Positions 29,516 to 40,365 of a stretch of 64,000 nucleotides of DNA are shown one piece after another. Where the stretch lies: the NCBI GenBank assembly GCA_963848155.1, contig CAWKCL010000006.1, positions 595,528 through 659,527 on the forward strand, given 5' to 3'. The notes beneath the pieces were generated by a model. It had not been told where the DNA came from, searched no databases, and saw nothing but the letters and a program-made list of their open reading frames with translations. The stretch is from an uncultured delta proteobacterium. Lineage in GTDB: Bacteria; Desulfobacterota; Zymogenia; Zymogenales; Zymogenaceae. Position 1 is the first letter of the stretch. Every line of letters begins with the position of its first letter. The translations under genes were made by a program, and so were the position numbers.

Positions 29516-29630
29516 CGGCATTCTTCATTAAGATGAACGGAACACCCGTACGATTCGAAAAATACCGCGTGTTTCTGCAGCGATTGAGGACTTTTCGCCC
29601 GGACGTTTTTCTCCACTATTGTTTTTTCAC

Positions 29631-29660
29631 TTGACATTATTATGGGCATATGCCCATAAT
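29631..29660 (+). promoter_or_regulatory. Sigma70 promoter with a perfect 22-bp palindrome (candidate operator) upstream of the DUF134 gene
   Basis: TTGACA (29631), 18 nt, CATAAT; ATTATGGGCATATGCCCATAAT at 29639-29660. Confidence 0.75.
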
Positions 29661-29687
29661 GGAAACAGTGACACAAAGGACGTTACT

Positions 29688-30213
29688 ATGACGAGGCCGC
29701 AGTGCATACGAACCGTCAATGGCCCTCCAGACCATCTTATCTTCAAGCCGGCCGGTGTCCCCGTATCCGGGCTTGAAGAGATCGTCCTGACCGTGGATGA
29801 GTTCGAGGCGCTACGTCTTGCCGATCGGGAAGGGCTCTACCAGGATGAAGCAGCACTGCTGATGAACGTATCGAGACAGACCTTCGGAAGAATTATTCAG
29901 TCTGCTCGCCAAAAAACGGCGGCCGCGCTCGTAGAGGGAAAGGCCTTGCGCATCGAGGGAGGAAAGGTCACTATGATCGAAAAGAGAAAATTTCAGTGCG
30001 ACGGTTGCGGCCACACATGGGAGGAGCCATTTGGAACGGGCAGGCCTCCGTCATGCCCGCAGTGCAAGGGCCCGGAGTTCCACCGATCGAACGATCTGCC
30101 CGGGCCGCACGGCAACCGCGCGCCGACGGGGCGGCGCCTGCATGAGAAGTCAAGGCAACAAGATAGTCAACCGGTATTACGGGTCGTACAAGACCACAGA
30201 AGGAGGTTTTTCC
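29688..30213 (+). CDS. DUF134 HTH DNA-binding protein with C-terminal Zn-ribbon (3' end uncertain, probable indel)
   Basis: FKPAG, LTVDEFEALRLADREGLYQDEAA..MNVSRQTFGRI..SARQK; CDGCGH...CPQC. Confidence 0.88.
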
Positions 30214-30609
30214 ATGAAAATTGCAGTTGCGATATCCAACGGCAGTGCCGTTTCGACACATTTCGGGAGGAGCGACGGATTTGCCGTATTTGACGTTGAG
30301 GACAATACAATCGTGGGACGCGAGCAACGGACCAATACGTTTACCGCGCACGCCCAGGGGCAATGCGACGGGGCAGGCCACCATCATAGCGACTCCCACG
30401 GCCACGGCGATATCGTCAATGCCCTCGCCGATTGCTCGGTTCGTTCTGTGCGGAGGCATGGGCAGGCGCGCCGCCGAGGACCTTTTGGCAAGCGGGATTA
30501 GGCCGATTGTGATCGAAGGCGCCCCTCACCGCCGAAGACGCCGTCTCCGCCTACCTCTCACGGAAACCTGAAGGCCGCCGGATCTTTCTGCGGCTGCTCG
30601 GGACACTAA
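30214..30609 (+). CDS. NifB/NifX-family metal-cluster-binding protein, His/Cys-rich (frameshifted)
   Basis: AAGGAGG RBS; MKIAV..VSTHFGRS..FAVFD, HHHSDSHGH, LCGGMG.RA..L..GI; ends CGCSGH*. Confidence 0.85.
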
Positions 30610-30617
30610 ACACACCC

Positions 30618-30648
30618 GGGGAGACGCCCGACAAGGCGGCGTCTCCCC
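30618..30648 (+). terminator. Hairpin downstream of the NifX-like gene
   Basis: GGGGAGACGCC...GGCGTCTCCCC. Confidence 0.5.
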
Positions 30649-30840
30649 GTATTCTCGTTATCCCTCGTCTGTTCAACCTATCACCGCCGATACGCGATTA
30701 ATCCCCATGAATAACTACATCCCCGTCATCTCATGCAGGTTTATATCTTGGTGACTCCGCCGATTTTCACGAAACTCTTTACATGGGATGAATCTTGCGG
30801 TATAATTGCAGATTGATTTAACCTGTAGACGGTGGTCGGC

Positions 30841-33685
30841 ATGGCGGAGACCCATATCCGGGTAAAGGGCGCCCGGGAACATAATCTCAAGGATATCGAG
30901 GTTGTCATCCCCCGGGATAAGCTCGTCGTCATCACGGGGCTTTCCGGCTCCGGCAAATCCACGCTCGCGTTTGATACGATCTATGCCGAGGGGCAGCGCC
31001 GCTACGTGGAGTCCCTGTCGGCCTACGCCCGGCAGTTCCTCGAGCAGATGGATAAGCCCGACGTCGATTTCATCGAGGGGCTTTCCCCGGCCATCTCCAT
31101 CGAGCAGAAGACCACCAGCAAGAACCCCCGCTCCACCGTCGGCACCGTCACCGAGATATACGACTATTTGAGGCTTCTCTTTGCCCGCGTGGGCCATCCC
31201 TTCTGCTACAACTGCGGCCGGGAGATCACCGCCGTCACCGTCCAGAGCATCGTCGATCACGTCCTGGAGCTTGCCCCCGGCACGAAGTTTTCGGTGCTGG
31301 CCCCGGTCGTCAAGGGGAGAAAGGGCGAATACAAGCGCGAGCTCGAGTCGTTCCGGCGCTCCGGCTATCTCCGGGTCCGGGTGGACGGCAGCATGTATAC
31401 GCTGGACGAAGAGATCGCGCTCGATAAGAACAAGAAACACGATATCGAGGTGGTCATAGACCGCCTCGTGATGAAAGAGGCCCTCGGCCACCGCCTGACC
31501 GATTCCGTGGAGACGGCCCTCAGGCTTTCCGACGGTTTTGTCACCATCGCCATTGAAGACGGAGATGAGCTCCCCTTTTCGGAGAAGTTCGCGTGCAACG
31601 TCTGCGGGATCAGCTACCCGGAGATATCTCCGCGCCTGTTTTCCTTCAACAACCCCCACGGCGCCTGCCCCCAGTGCGGCGGCCTCGGGTACGACCATGT
31701 ACCTGGACCCGGACCTCATCGTCCCCAACAGGTCCCTGTCGCTGCGGGAGGGGGCGATTGTCCCCTGGGAGAAGAAGAACTCGGTTTACCACTTCCAGAT
31801 GCTCGACGCGCTGGTAAACCATTACAGCTTCGATATCTACACCCCCTTCGAGAAGCTTCCCCAAAAGATCCAGAACATCATCCTGTTCGGATCGGGCGAA
31901 GAAAAGATCGATTTCTATTTCGAGCGCGACGGCCGCAAGTTCTTCTATCCCCGTCCCTTCGAGGGGATCATCGAAAACCTCAACCGCCGCTTTACCGAGA
32001 CCGATTCCGAGGCGATCCGCGAGGAGATCGCCCGGTTCATGAACGTGCGCTCCTGCCCGGTCTGCAACGGGGCGCGTCTGCGCAAGGAGAGCCTCCATAT
32101 CAGGATCGACGGTAAAAGTATCTACGAGTATACGACCGTCTCGGTCAGAGAGCTGCTCACGGTCTTCGAGGCGCTCACCCTCTCCGCCCAGGAGGAGTTT
32201 ATCGCCAGCCGCGTCAAGAAGGAGATCATCGAGCGGCTCGGTTTCCTGGTGGACGTCGGGCTCGATTACCTTTCGCTCTCCCGGACCGCCGCCACGCTCT
32301 CGGGAGGCGAGGGGCAGCGCATCCGCCTGGCGACCCAGATCGGTTCCCGCCTCATGGGGGTGCTGTATATCCTGGACGAGCCGAGCATCGGTTTGCACCA
32401 GAAGGACAACCAGAAGCTCCTCAAGACCCTCATGAACCTGCGCGACCTGGGCAACACGGTCCTCGTCGTGGAGCATGACGAGGAGACTATCAGGGCGGCC
32501 GACTACGTCATCGACATGGGGCCGGGGGCCGGCGTCTCCGGCGGCCGGGTCGTCTTTGCGGGGACTCCCGACGAAATCCTGACCGACGAGAAGTCGCTGA
32601 CCGGCAAATACCTTTCGGGAAGGGTCGCTATCCCGGTCCCTGCCGAGCGCAGGAAATCAAAGGGGATCCTCTCGGTCGTCGGCGCCCGGGAAAACAACCT
32701 CAAGTCGATCACCGCGGACTTTCCGCTGGGCGTCTTCACCTGCGTCACCGGCGTATCCGGCTCGGGAAAATCGTCGCTCGTCGTCGACACGCTGTTCCTC
32801 GCCCTCAACCAGGCCCTCTACCGGTCAAAGGAAAAGGCCGGCAAGCACGACAAAATCACCGGCATAGACCTCATCGATAAGGTCATCGACATCGACCAGT
32901 CACCCATCGGCCGCACCCCCCGCTCAAACCCGGCCACCTATACGGGCCTCTTTTCTCACATCCGCGACCTCTTTACCCAGCTGCCCGAGTCCAAGATCCG
33001 GGGCTACAAGCCGGGCCGCTACAGCTTCAACGTCAAGGGCGGCCGCTGCGAGACCTGCCAGGGCGACGGCATCATCAAGATCGAGATGCACTTCCTGCCG
33101 GACGTCTACGTCACCTGCGACTCGTGCGCGGGCAAGCGCTACAACCGGGAGACCCTCGAGATCACCTACAAGGGCAAGAACATCGCCGACGTGCTGGAGA
33201 TGACGGTGGACCAGGCCATGGAGTTCTTCACCAGCCATCCCCAGATCATGGCAAAGCTCCTGACGCTGCACGACGTGGGCCTGGGCTACATCAAGCTGGG
33301 CCAGGCGGCCACGACGCTGTCGGGCGGCGAGGCCCAGCGCATCAAGCTTTCCCGCGAGCTTTCCAAGCGCAGCACCGGAAAGACCCTCTATATCCTCGAC
33401 GAGCCCACGACCGGGCTTCACTTCGCCGACATCGCAAACCTCCTCAAGGTGCTGTTCCGGCTGCGAAACGAGGGCAACACCATCATCGTTATCGAGCATA
33501 ACCCGGATATGATCAAGAGCGCCGACTGGATCATCGACCTGGGCCCCGACGGGGGCGACCGGGGAGGGGAAGTGGTGGCGACCGGCACCCCGGAAGAGGT
33601 GGCGGCCGTCGAGCACTCATACACGGGCCGCGTCCTGCGGGATATCCTCGACCGCAAACAGACCGGGAGCGCCGCCGCGGGGTAG
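30841..33685 (+). CDS. uvrA: Excinuclease ABC subunit A (one frameshift near 31695)
   Basis: [58 protein letters not shown]. Confidence 0.97.
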
Positions 33686-33869
33686 GAGGTCCGGCGGAGC
33701 GCCGATCCTCGTTCTTCCCGGACGGAAAAGTCACCCGACTCATAACTAATCGGGCCGGCATCGGCCGGCCGCCGGGACATCCCGATCCATACCGGGCACC
33801 GGACCGGGCCCGGGAATCAATGCAATAATTCCCCGATCCGCGCGTCTGTATACTAAAAAGGGGAGACTC

Positions 33870-34427
33870 ATGGATAGACCGATGAACTCGATTGCCTTTC
33901 GCGATGATGTCGGCCTTTCTCTGGTTCCGATACCGGGGGTCGCACCCGGCCCAGGCGCTCGCCGAGGCCGGCGTCAGGTCCGGCGATACCGTCCTCGATT
34001 TCGGGTGCGGGCCGGGGGGATTTTCGATCGCCGCGGCGCCGGCTCGTCGGAAAAAAGGGGAAGGTATACGCGCTCGATATCCAGCCGCTTGCGGCCCGAA
34101 CCGTGAAGAATAAGGCCGAAAAATGCGGGCTTGCCAATATCGAGCCCATCACCTCCGGCCGCGATACGGGACTGGCCGATAAAACCGTCGATGTGGTGCT
34201 CCTGTACGACATCTTCCATTTCTTCAAGGACCCCGACGCGATCCTTGCCGAGCTTCACCGCGTGCTGAAGGACGGCGGCGTCCTCTCGGCATCCGATCAC
34301 CATATAAAAGGACAGCGGCTTGTCGAGGGAATCACGCGGTCCGGGCTTTTTCAGCTTCGAGGACAACGGCAAACGGACCCATACCTTCTCGAAGGCGGGA
34401 GATCGCGGACCGCCCGCGTTGCACTGA
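33870..34427 (+). CDS. Class I SAM-dependent methyltransferase (frameshifted)
   Basis: VLDFGCGPG motif [29 protein letters not shown] across frames. Confidence 0.8.
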
Positions 34428-34448
34428 GGGCCGACAGGGAGGGGCCGT

Positions 34449-35104
34449 ATGACACGGGCAAGAAGAACAAGAGCGGGAGAATCGGCGAGGCCGGCGAGTC
34501 GGAGGAGTTCGGCGAGCTGGTCAAGTACACCGGCGCGGGGTTTGCCGGCGGACTTATCGCGGGCGCGGTGCTGGATCATCTCGGGTTCTCGACCAGCGGG
34601 CTTGGCCAGGCCGTCGTGCGGACTCTTGCCGGCGAGGGCGAGAGCATCCTCGAGGGGTTGTTTTCCCTCAAAAAGCGGATCGCGGGCGCCGTCGGTTCGA
34701 TGGCCCAGGCCTACGGATGGGGAAAGCTTGCCGGCATGGCCGTCCCGTGGGTTGTGGACGGAGTGAGCCGGCTGGCGGGGGTGGACGTCTACGGGATCGA
34801 GGGGTTTTATATCCCATTTTTCTACGCGCTGTCCGACCAGATCGGCGGCAACGCCTCGGGTTTCGCGTTCCTGTACCGGAGGGAAGGGCGGCTCTCGGCG
34901 GCGCTCAGCGCCTATTTTCACCATCCCGTGATGGTGACGGGGCTCCTCGTTATCCTGCTGGTCCCGGTCGGCCTCCTGGGGGCGCGCATCGCCGGCTTTT
35001 CGCCCACGACCCAGGTCTACACGGCCCTGGAGACTATCGCCGCCAACCTCTGCTGGCTCCCGCCGCTGGTGGGGTGGGTGAGGGAACGCAGGGAACGGGG
35101 ATAA
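34449..35104 (+). CDS. Hypothetical membrane protein (fusion to the MTase in the ORF track is probably an indel artefact)
   Basis: GGAGG before ATG 34449; Gly-rich hydrophobic segments from [11 protein letters not shown] onward. Confidence 0.6.
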
Positions 35105-35162
35105 GAAAGGGCCGGGATCAATCCCCGGCCCGTACAGACGGTCACATTACACACTAAGCGCC

Positions 35163-36393
35163 CTACACCCCGGCCAGCGCCTGGTCCAGGTCCGCGATGA
35201 TGTCGTCGGCGTCCTCGATCCCCACCGAAAAGCGGAAGATCCCGTCTCCCATCAGTTTCGTATACTTCTCCTTCTGGGCGTCGTTCATCACCACCATGTC
35301 CGAAAAGAAAAAGACCGTCGGCAGGTAGAAGATCAGGCTCTGGTCGTGGCCCAGCGATACCGCGTGGGTAATGAGCTTCAGCCGCTCGATGAACGCGAAG
35401 TGCTCCATCAGCTCGGCCTTGAGGTTAAACGTCATCATCCCCGAGGGCCCGCTCATCTGCCGGGCGGCCAGCGCGTGCTCGGGAAACGATTTCAGGCCGG
35501 GGTAGCGCACCGAGTTAACTTTCGGGTGGGACGCGAGAAACTCCGCGACCTTCTGCCCGTTTTCCGAGTGCCGGGCCATCCTGATGGGCAGCGTCACCGA
35601 GCCGCGCATGATCAGCCACGCGTTAAACGGCGATATGCATGCCCCGAGGTGGACGATGCCCCGCTCCCGGATCTCCGTGAGGACGGCCCGCGGGCCGATC
35701 ACCGCCCCGCCCAGCGTATCCCCGTGGCCGTTGATATATTTCGTGGTGCTGTGGATGACGAGGTCGGCCCCGAGTTTTAACGGGCTCTGCGTGGTCAGCC
35801 CCGACCAGGTGGAGTCCACCACCAGCAGCGCGCCGGCCTTGTGGGCGAGCGCGGCAATCGCCGCGATGTCCGAGATGACCACGATCGGGTTTCCCGGCGT
35901 CTCTACAAAAACGACCTTCGTATTTGGCTTGATAGCCGCCGCGACCTCGGCGAGGTCGGACGTATCCACCATCGAGGCCTCGACCCCGAAGCGGGGAAAG
36001 TGCGTCGATACGAGCTTCTGCGTCCCGGTGTAGCAGATCTCCGAACAGACGATATGGTCGCCCGCGTTCAAGAGGGCAAAGAGCGTCGCCGCGATCGCCC
36101 CCATGCCGCTTGCCGAAACGACGCAGTCCTCCCCGCCCTCCAGCTCGGCCAAGCCGCTCCTCGAGGTGGCGGGCCGTGGGGTTGTGCTCCCGGGTATAGG
36201 CGAATTTATCCAGGTGATCCCACGATAGCGTCTTGACCAGCTCCTCCACGTCCGTGGGAAGCTCGTAGGAGTTGGCCATGTGGATGGGCCGCCGGATCGC
36301 CTTGGTCTGCGGGTCCGTCCCCTCGCCCGCGTGGACGCACCGGGTATCCATCTTCCATTTCGGGTTGTCTTTTTCTTTCACCGCGTCCTCCAT
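35163..36393 (-). CDS. Cys/Met metabolism PLP-dependent enzyme (methionine gamma-lyase/cystathionine gamma-synthase family; frameshift near 36150)
   Basis: YTREHNPT, ASGMGAI, ETPGNP, HSTTKYINGHGD PLP lysine, VSLG, RFSVGIED. Confidence 0.92.
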
Positions 36394-36509
36394 ATCATCG
36401 GTATACCCTTATAGCAAAAAACGGCCCCGGACGGCAATTTTTTTGTGAGCGGGACCGTATGCCTGTGTTATAATTTTCGGTACGTATTCACTCATTTATG
36501 AGGACTGGT

Positions 36510-36785
36510 ATGGGGATTATTGAATTTATCGTCCTGTTGATCATCGCCGCAATCTGCGGCTCGGTGGGCATGGCGCTGACCGGCTTCAACAACAAGGGGT
36601 GCCTCGTCTCGACGGCGGTGGGCTTCATCGGCGCAATCGTCGGCACCTGGATCGCCCGGAGGCTCGGCCTGCCGGAGCTCTTCAATATACATCTCGGCAA
36701 CGCGCAGTTCCCGATCATCTGGTCGATCATCGGGGCGGTGGTCTTTTCGCTGCCGCTGAGTTTGTTGTTCGGAAGGAGGAAGTAA
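36510..36785 (+). CDS. GlsB/YeaQ/YmgE-family small membrane protein
   Basis: GFIGAIVGTWI, WSIIGAVVF pattern, 3 TM segments. Confidence 0.85.
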   Translation: MGIIEFIVLLIIAAICGSVGMALTGFNNKGCLVSTAVGFIGAIVGTWIARRLGLPELFNIHLGNAQFPIIWSIIGAVVFSLPLSLLFGRRK

Positions 36786-36821
36786 GGCGGGAGCCTTCCC
36801 GCTTCACGCGATATCGGATAC

Positions 36822-36851
36822 GTACAGGGGCACGACATATCGTGCCCCTAC
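36822..36851 (-). repeat. GTAG-type REP-like palindrome
   Basis: GTAGGGGCACGA-TATG-TCGTGCCCCT-GTAC between convergent gene ends. Confidence 0.75.
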
Positions 36852-36856
36852 GACTT

Positions 36857-38452
36857 TCATACTTGCCTCTCCATAAAATCCGGGTAGCTCTATCTCCTCC
36901 CACACCCCGTCGATCGCCTCCATCTCGGAAAGGTCGTGGTCCGACACCCGGTTGTGATCTTCCAGGTCCCGTGCCCCCCACAACAGCTTCAGGAACCGCT
37001 GGTGGTGGTGGTGGAACCGCTGGTTCGCGTATTCGCGCGCCTGCTCGGTATAGAGCAGGAAGGGCCAGTCGCTGCCCTGCATCAGCAGTAATTCGCGCGC
37101 CATCTGCCTGAGGATGCGCACCCCGCGCCCGTCCGGCACGTAGCCGGCCTTCTCGATCCCCCCCAGCACCTCTTCCATCTGCCGGCAGCAGTCGTTGATC
37201 AGCGGCCATATCCAGCCGTGTTCCGGGTTCTGCCAGACGGTAAAGTCCCCGTTTTCCCCCCAGCTGGTCCGCCCCATCTCGATGGTCGGGAAGCCGTCCC
37301 GGTTGGCGTCGGCGTAGTCCCCGAGCCGCACGGGCGTAACATCGCGCTTTTTCGCCAGGGCTCGGGATACCTCCTCGATAAACGCCGGCCCCTCGTGCCA
37401 CCAGTGGCCGAAGAGCTCCGTGTCGTAGGGCGATACGATAACCGGCGACGCTACGCCCGCCGCGGCGGCCCGCTTGACCTCGGCCGAAAGCAGCCTCACG
37501 AAGTGGGCCGCGTCCTTCCTGACACGCCGGGCCGCCTTTTCGGGATCGTAAATCTCTTTCGTCTCCTTTCCCGTTACCCGGTGGTAGCGCAGGCCCGTCT
37601 CCGGCTCCTGCCAGTGGAATTCGAGGTATTCGGGGTGCGAGGGGTAGCCCACCGCCGCCGACCAGACCTGCCGCCCGGTCGCGCCGTTTCTCCCGAAGAC
37701 GCCCACGCCCGAGCCCAGCCGGTACCCCCGGTCGGTCGTCGGGGCGCCGCATCCGGCCTTGTCTTCGATAACGGCGGCCGATTCGATCCCGGCGCCCTCG
37801 ACGATGAACCACTCGATCCCGAAATCGGAGAGCCACTCGTCGATACCGCGCCGCCGTTTTCCCCTGTCATCTTCGGCGGGCCGGTACGCGCACTCCGGCA
37901 GCCAGAAGCCTCGCGGCCTTTTCCCGAAGTGCCGCTCGTAGGTCTCCACCCCGATCTTGACCTGCGCGTAGACGGCGCTGTCGCGCTCCATCAGCGGCAG
38001 GAACCCGTGCGTCGCGGCGGACGTGATCACCTCGACGGCCCCCTCGTCCTGGAGCCACCTGAGCGTCCCGAGGATATCCTGGTGGAAGTCCTTGACGTAG
38101 GCCCGGACGTTGCCCTCGAAGACCGAGAGCCAGTATTCGGCGACGCGCCGCCGGGCGGGGTCGTCCTTGAAGCGCTCCAGGTCGTGCTGCGCCCGCACGA
38201 TCTTATCGCCCATGTACTCGAGGAAGCGGGCCTTCATGTAGCCGTCGGAAAGCTGCTCGGCCAGGATCGGCACCACCCCGACGGTTATGCCGGGCCGGAT
38301 GCCTTCCAGGACGAGCCGCCGGAGCGCGATCAACAGCGGGATGTAGCACTCGTTCATCGCCTCGAAGAGCCACTCTTCCCCGCCGGCCAGACGCCGGATT
38401 TCTTGCAGTAGGGGATGTGGGAATGGAGCACCAGGCAGAATGAGCCGGCCAT
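36857..38452 (-). CDS. GH57 1,4-alpha-glucan branching enzyme (DUF1957); indels near both ends
   Basis: LVLHSHIPY, EEWLFEA..ECYIPL, SAATHGFLPL, GFWLPECAY, PYDTELFGHWWHEG, RELLLMQGSDWPF. Confidence 0.92.
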
Positions 38453-38639
38453 GTCGGATTCCTCCCGATTGAAACGCGGCCTCCACTATAGCAGAAAAGC
38501 GCCGCGCAACGCAAACAAAACGGCCGCCGGTCCTAACCGATTCCAGGTTCACCGCCCATCGACCGCGAGTGTTCGCGGCAGTGCCGAAGGGCATCGGGAG
38601 CCGGGAGAGCGGTCAAGTAAAAAGGTAATGATTACAATG

Positions 38640-38655
38640 TGTTTCATGTGAAACG
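38640..38655. promoter_or_regulatory. parS-like site
   Basis: TGTTTCATGTGAAACG, 14/16 match to TGTTTCACGTGAAACA; intergenic, ~25 kb from oriC. Confidence 0.6.
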
Positions 38656-38734
38656 GTGAACATCTTCTTATTACTTTACCCTTTACATCTCTTCCCCGCT
38701 CGTTTATAGTCTTAAAAAACGGTGAGGTAGCGCA

Positions 38735-40200
38735 ATGACCGTTATGACTTGAAGTCCTCGCCCCCGAGGAGATACAGGCGATCCACGAGGCGACGCTTGA
38801 CGTCCTCTCCCGCGTCGGCATGCGCCTCGACTCTCCCGTGCCCGGCGGCTGCGCGGCCGATTTCGGCTGCACCGTCGACGAGGATACCAAGACCGTCCGG
38901 TTCCCCCCCGATGTCATCGCCGCGGCCCTTAAAACCGTCCCCCGTTCCTTTACCCTTTACGGCGCCGATCCCTCCTATACGATGCCCATCGAGCCGGACC
39001 GGCGCTGGTTTGCCCCCAACGGCGCCCCGACCGCCGTCCTTGACTTCGGCGCCCCCGCCCCCCGGCCGGCGACGATGAAAGACCTTTACCGATCACCTGG
39101 TCATCGCCGAGCACCTGCCCCACATCGACGCCCTGAACATGCCGCTGTGGCCGACCGACATCCCCATGACGACAATCCATACCGAGGCGATGCGCGGCAT
39201 GGGCCGCCAACTGCGCCAAGCCCTTTTCCATGGCGGGCTACGGCGTGATGGCCACGACCGACATGATCCGGATGCTCGAGATCGTTACGGGAGGCGGCCG
39301 AGGCGCTTTCCCGGCGTCCCCCCTTTATCGGTATCGTCAACGCCACCAGCCCGCTGACCGCCGACCGGCTCCAGGTCGAGGGGCTCACGCTCTTTTCCGA
39401 ATCCGGGATTCCGGTCGTCGTCGGCCCCCAGGCCATGGCAGGGACTACCGCACCCGTGACCCTTTCGGCCCTGCTGGTCCAGCACAATGCCGAAAACCTC
39501 GCCCTCGTCGCCCTCTCCCAGATGGTGCGCCCCGGCGCCCCGGTCTTCATGGGGTCGGCCTCAACCGTCTCGGACATGGGCACCGGCGCGATCGCCGTGG
39601 GCGCCCCCGAGACCGGCGTCATCACCGCGGCCTCGGCGGCACTGGCCCGGTTCTACGGCATCCCCTCCCGCGGGATCGGCGCGATGACCGACGCCAAGGA
39701 CCTCTCGGCCCAGTGCTTCGTCGAGCGGACGGCTTCGACCCTCACGGCGGCGCTGGGCGGTGTCTCGTTTCAGATCGCCGCCGGCACGTTAGAGTCTATC
39801 GGGTGCTCGTCGGCCGAGCTGCTGGTCATCGATAACGAGATGATCGGTATGGTCAAGCGGATCGCGTCCGGGATATGACCCCGCCGGCATCGAGGGGGCC
39901 GTCGAACTGATTGCCGAGGTCGGCCCCGGCGGGAGTTTCCTGACCCATCCCCACACCCAGCGCCGGTTTCGGGGCGAGATCTTCTTGCCGCGTCTCTTCG
40001 ACCGGCAGCCCCGGGAGGTCTGGGAGAAACGGGGAGGGGCCGACACCGTCGCCCGGGCGCACGAGACGGCCGGAAAGATACTGGCGGGCCACGTCGCGCG
40101 GGAGGTGGACCCGAAGATGCTCGCGGAGCTCAATCGCTACCACGAGACGGTGAAAAAAAGGTCGATCGAGGAATTCTACGGGGCCGAATGGGAGGGATGA
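38735..40200 (+). CDS. MttB-superfamily methyltransferase, non-pyrrolysine (many frameshifts)
   Basis: IHEATLDVLSRVG, MAGTTAPVTL, PGAPV, GAPE, ARFYGIPSRGIGAMTDAK, ELLVIDNE, VGPGGSFL. Confidence 0.88.
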
Positions 40201-40310
40201 TAAAGGAAACGGTATTCTCACGCGGATTTCCATGGGCGATCGTAGGCGTGGGAAATCCCCTGACTCTTTTTCCATTCGTCGGTAATATCGCGTTTTTCCC
40301 GTGTGGCCAG

Positions 40311-40345
40311 GGGATTGTTTCGTCGCTTTCGCTCCTCGCAATGAC
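40311..40345. repeat. Single arm of a GTCATTGCGAG-type palindromic repeat
   Basis: Reverse complement GTCATTGCGAGGAGCGAAAGCGACGAAACAATCCC. Confidence 0.65.
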
Positions 40346-40365
40346 CTCACTAATAGGAACACGCT

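Noticed and set aside
30660-30840. LexA/SOS box upstream of uvrA
   Set aside because: No match to CTGT-N8-ACAG or GAAC-N4-GTTC; only a TTTACA/TATAAT promoter-like pair.
38735-40200. Pyrrolysine or stop-codon recoding in mttB
   Set aside because: The Pyl-equivalent codon is ATG; breaks are frameshifts, not in-frame TAG; no pyl genes in the window.
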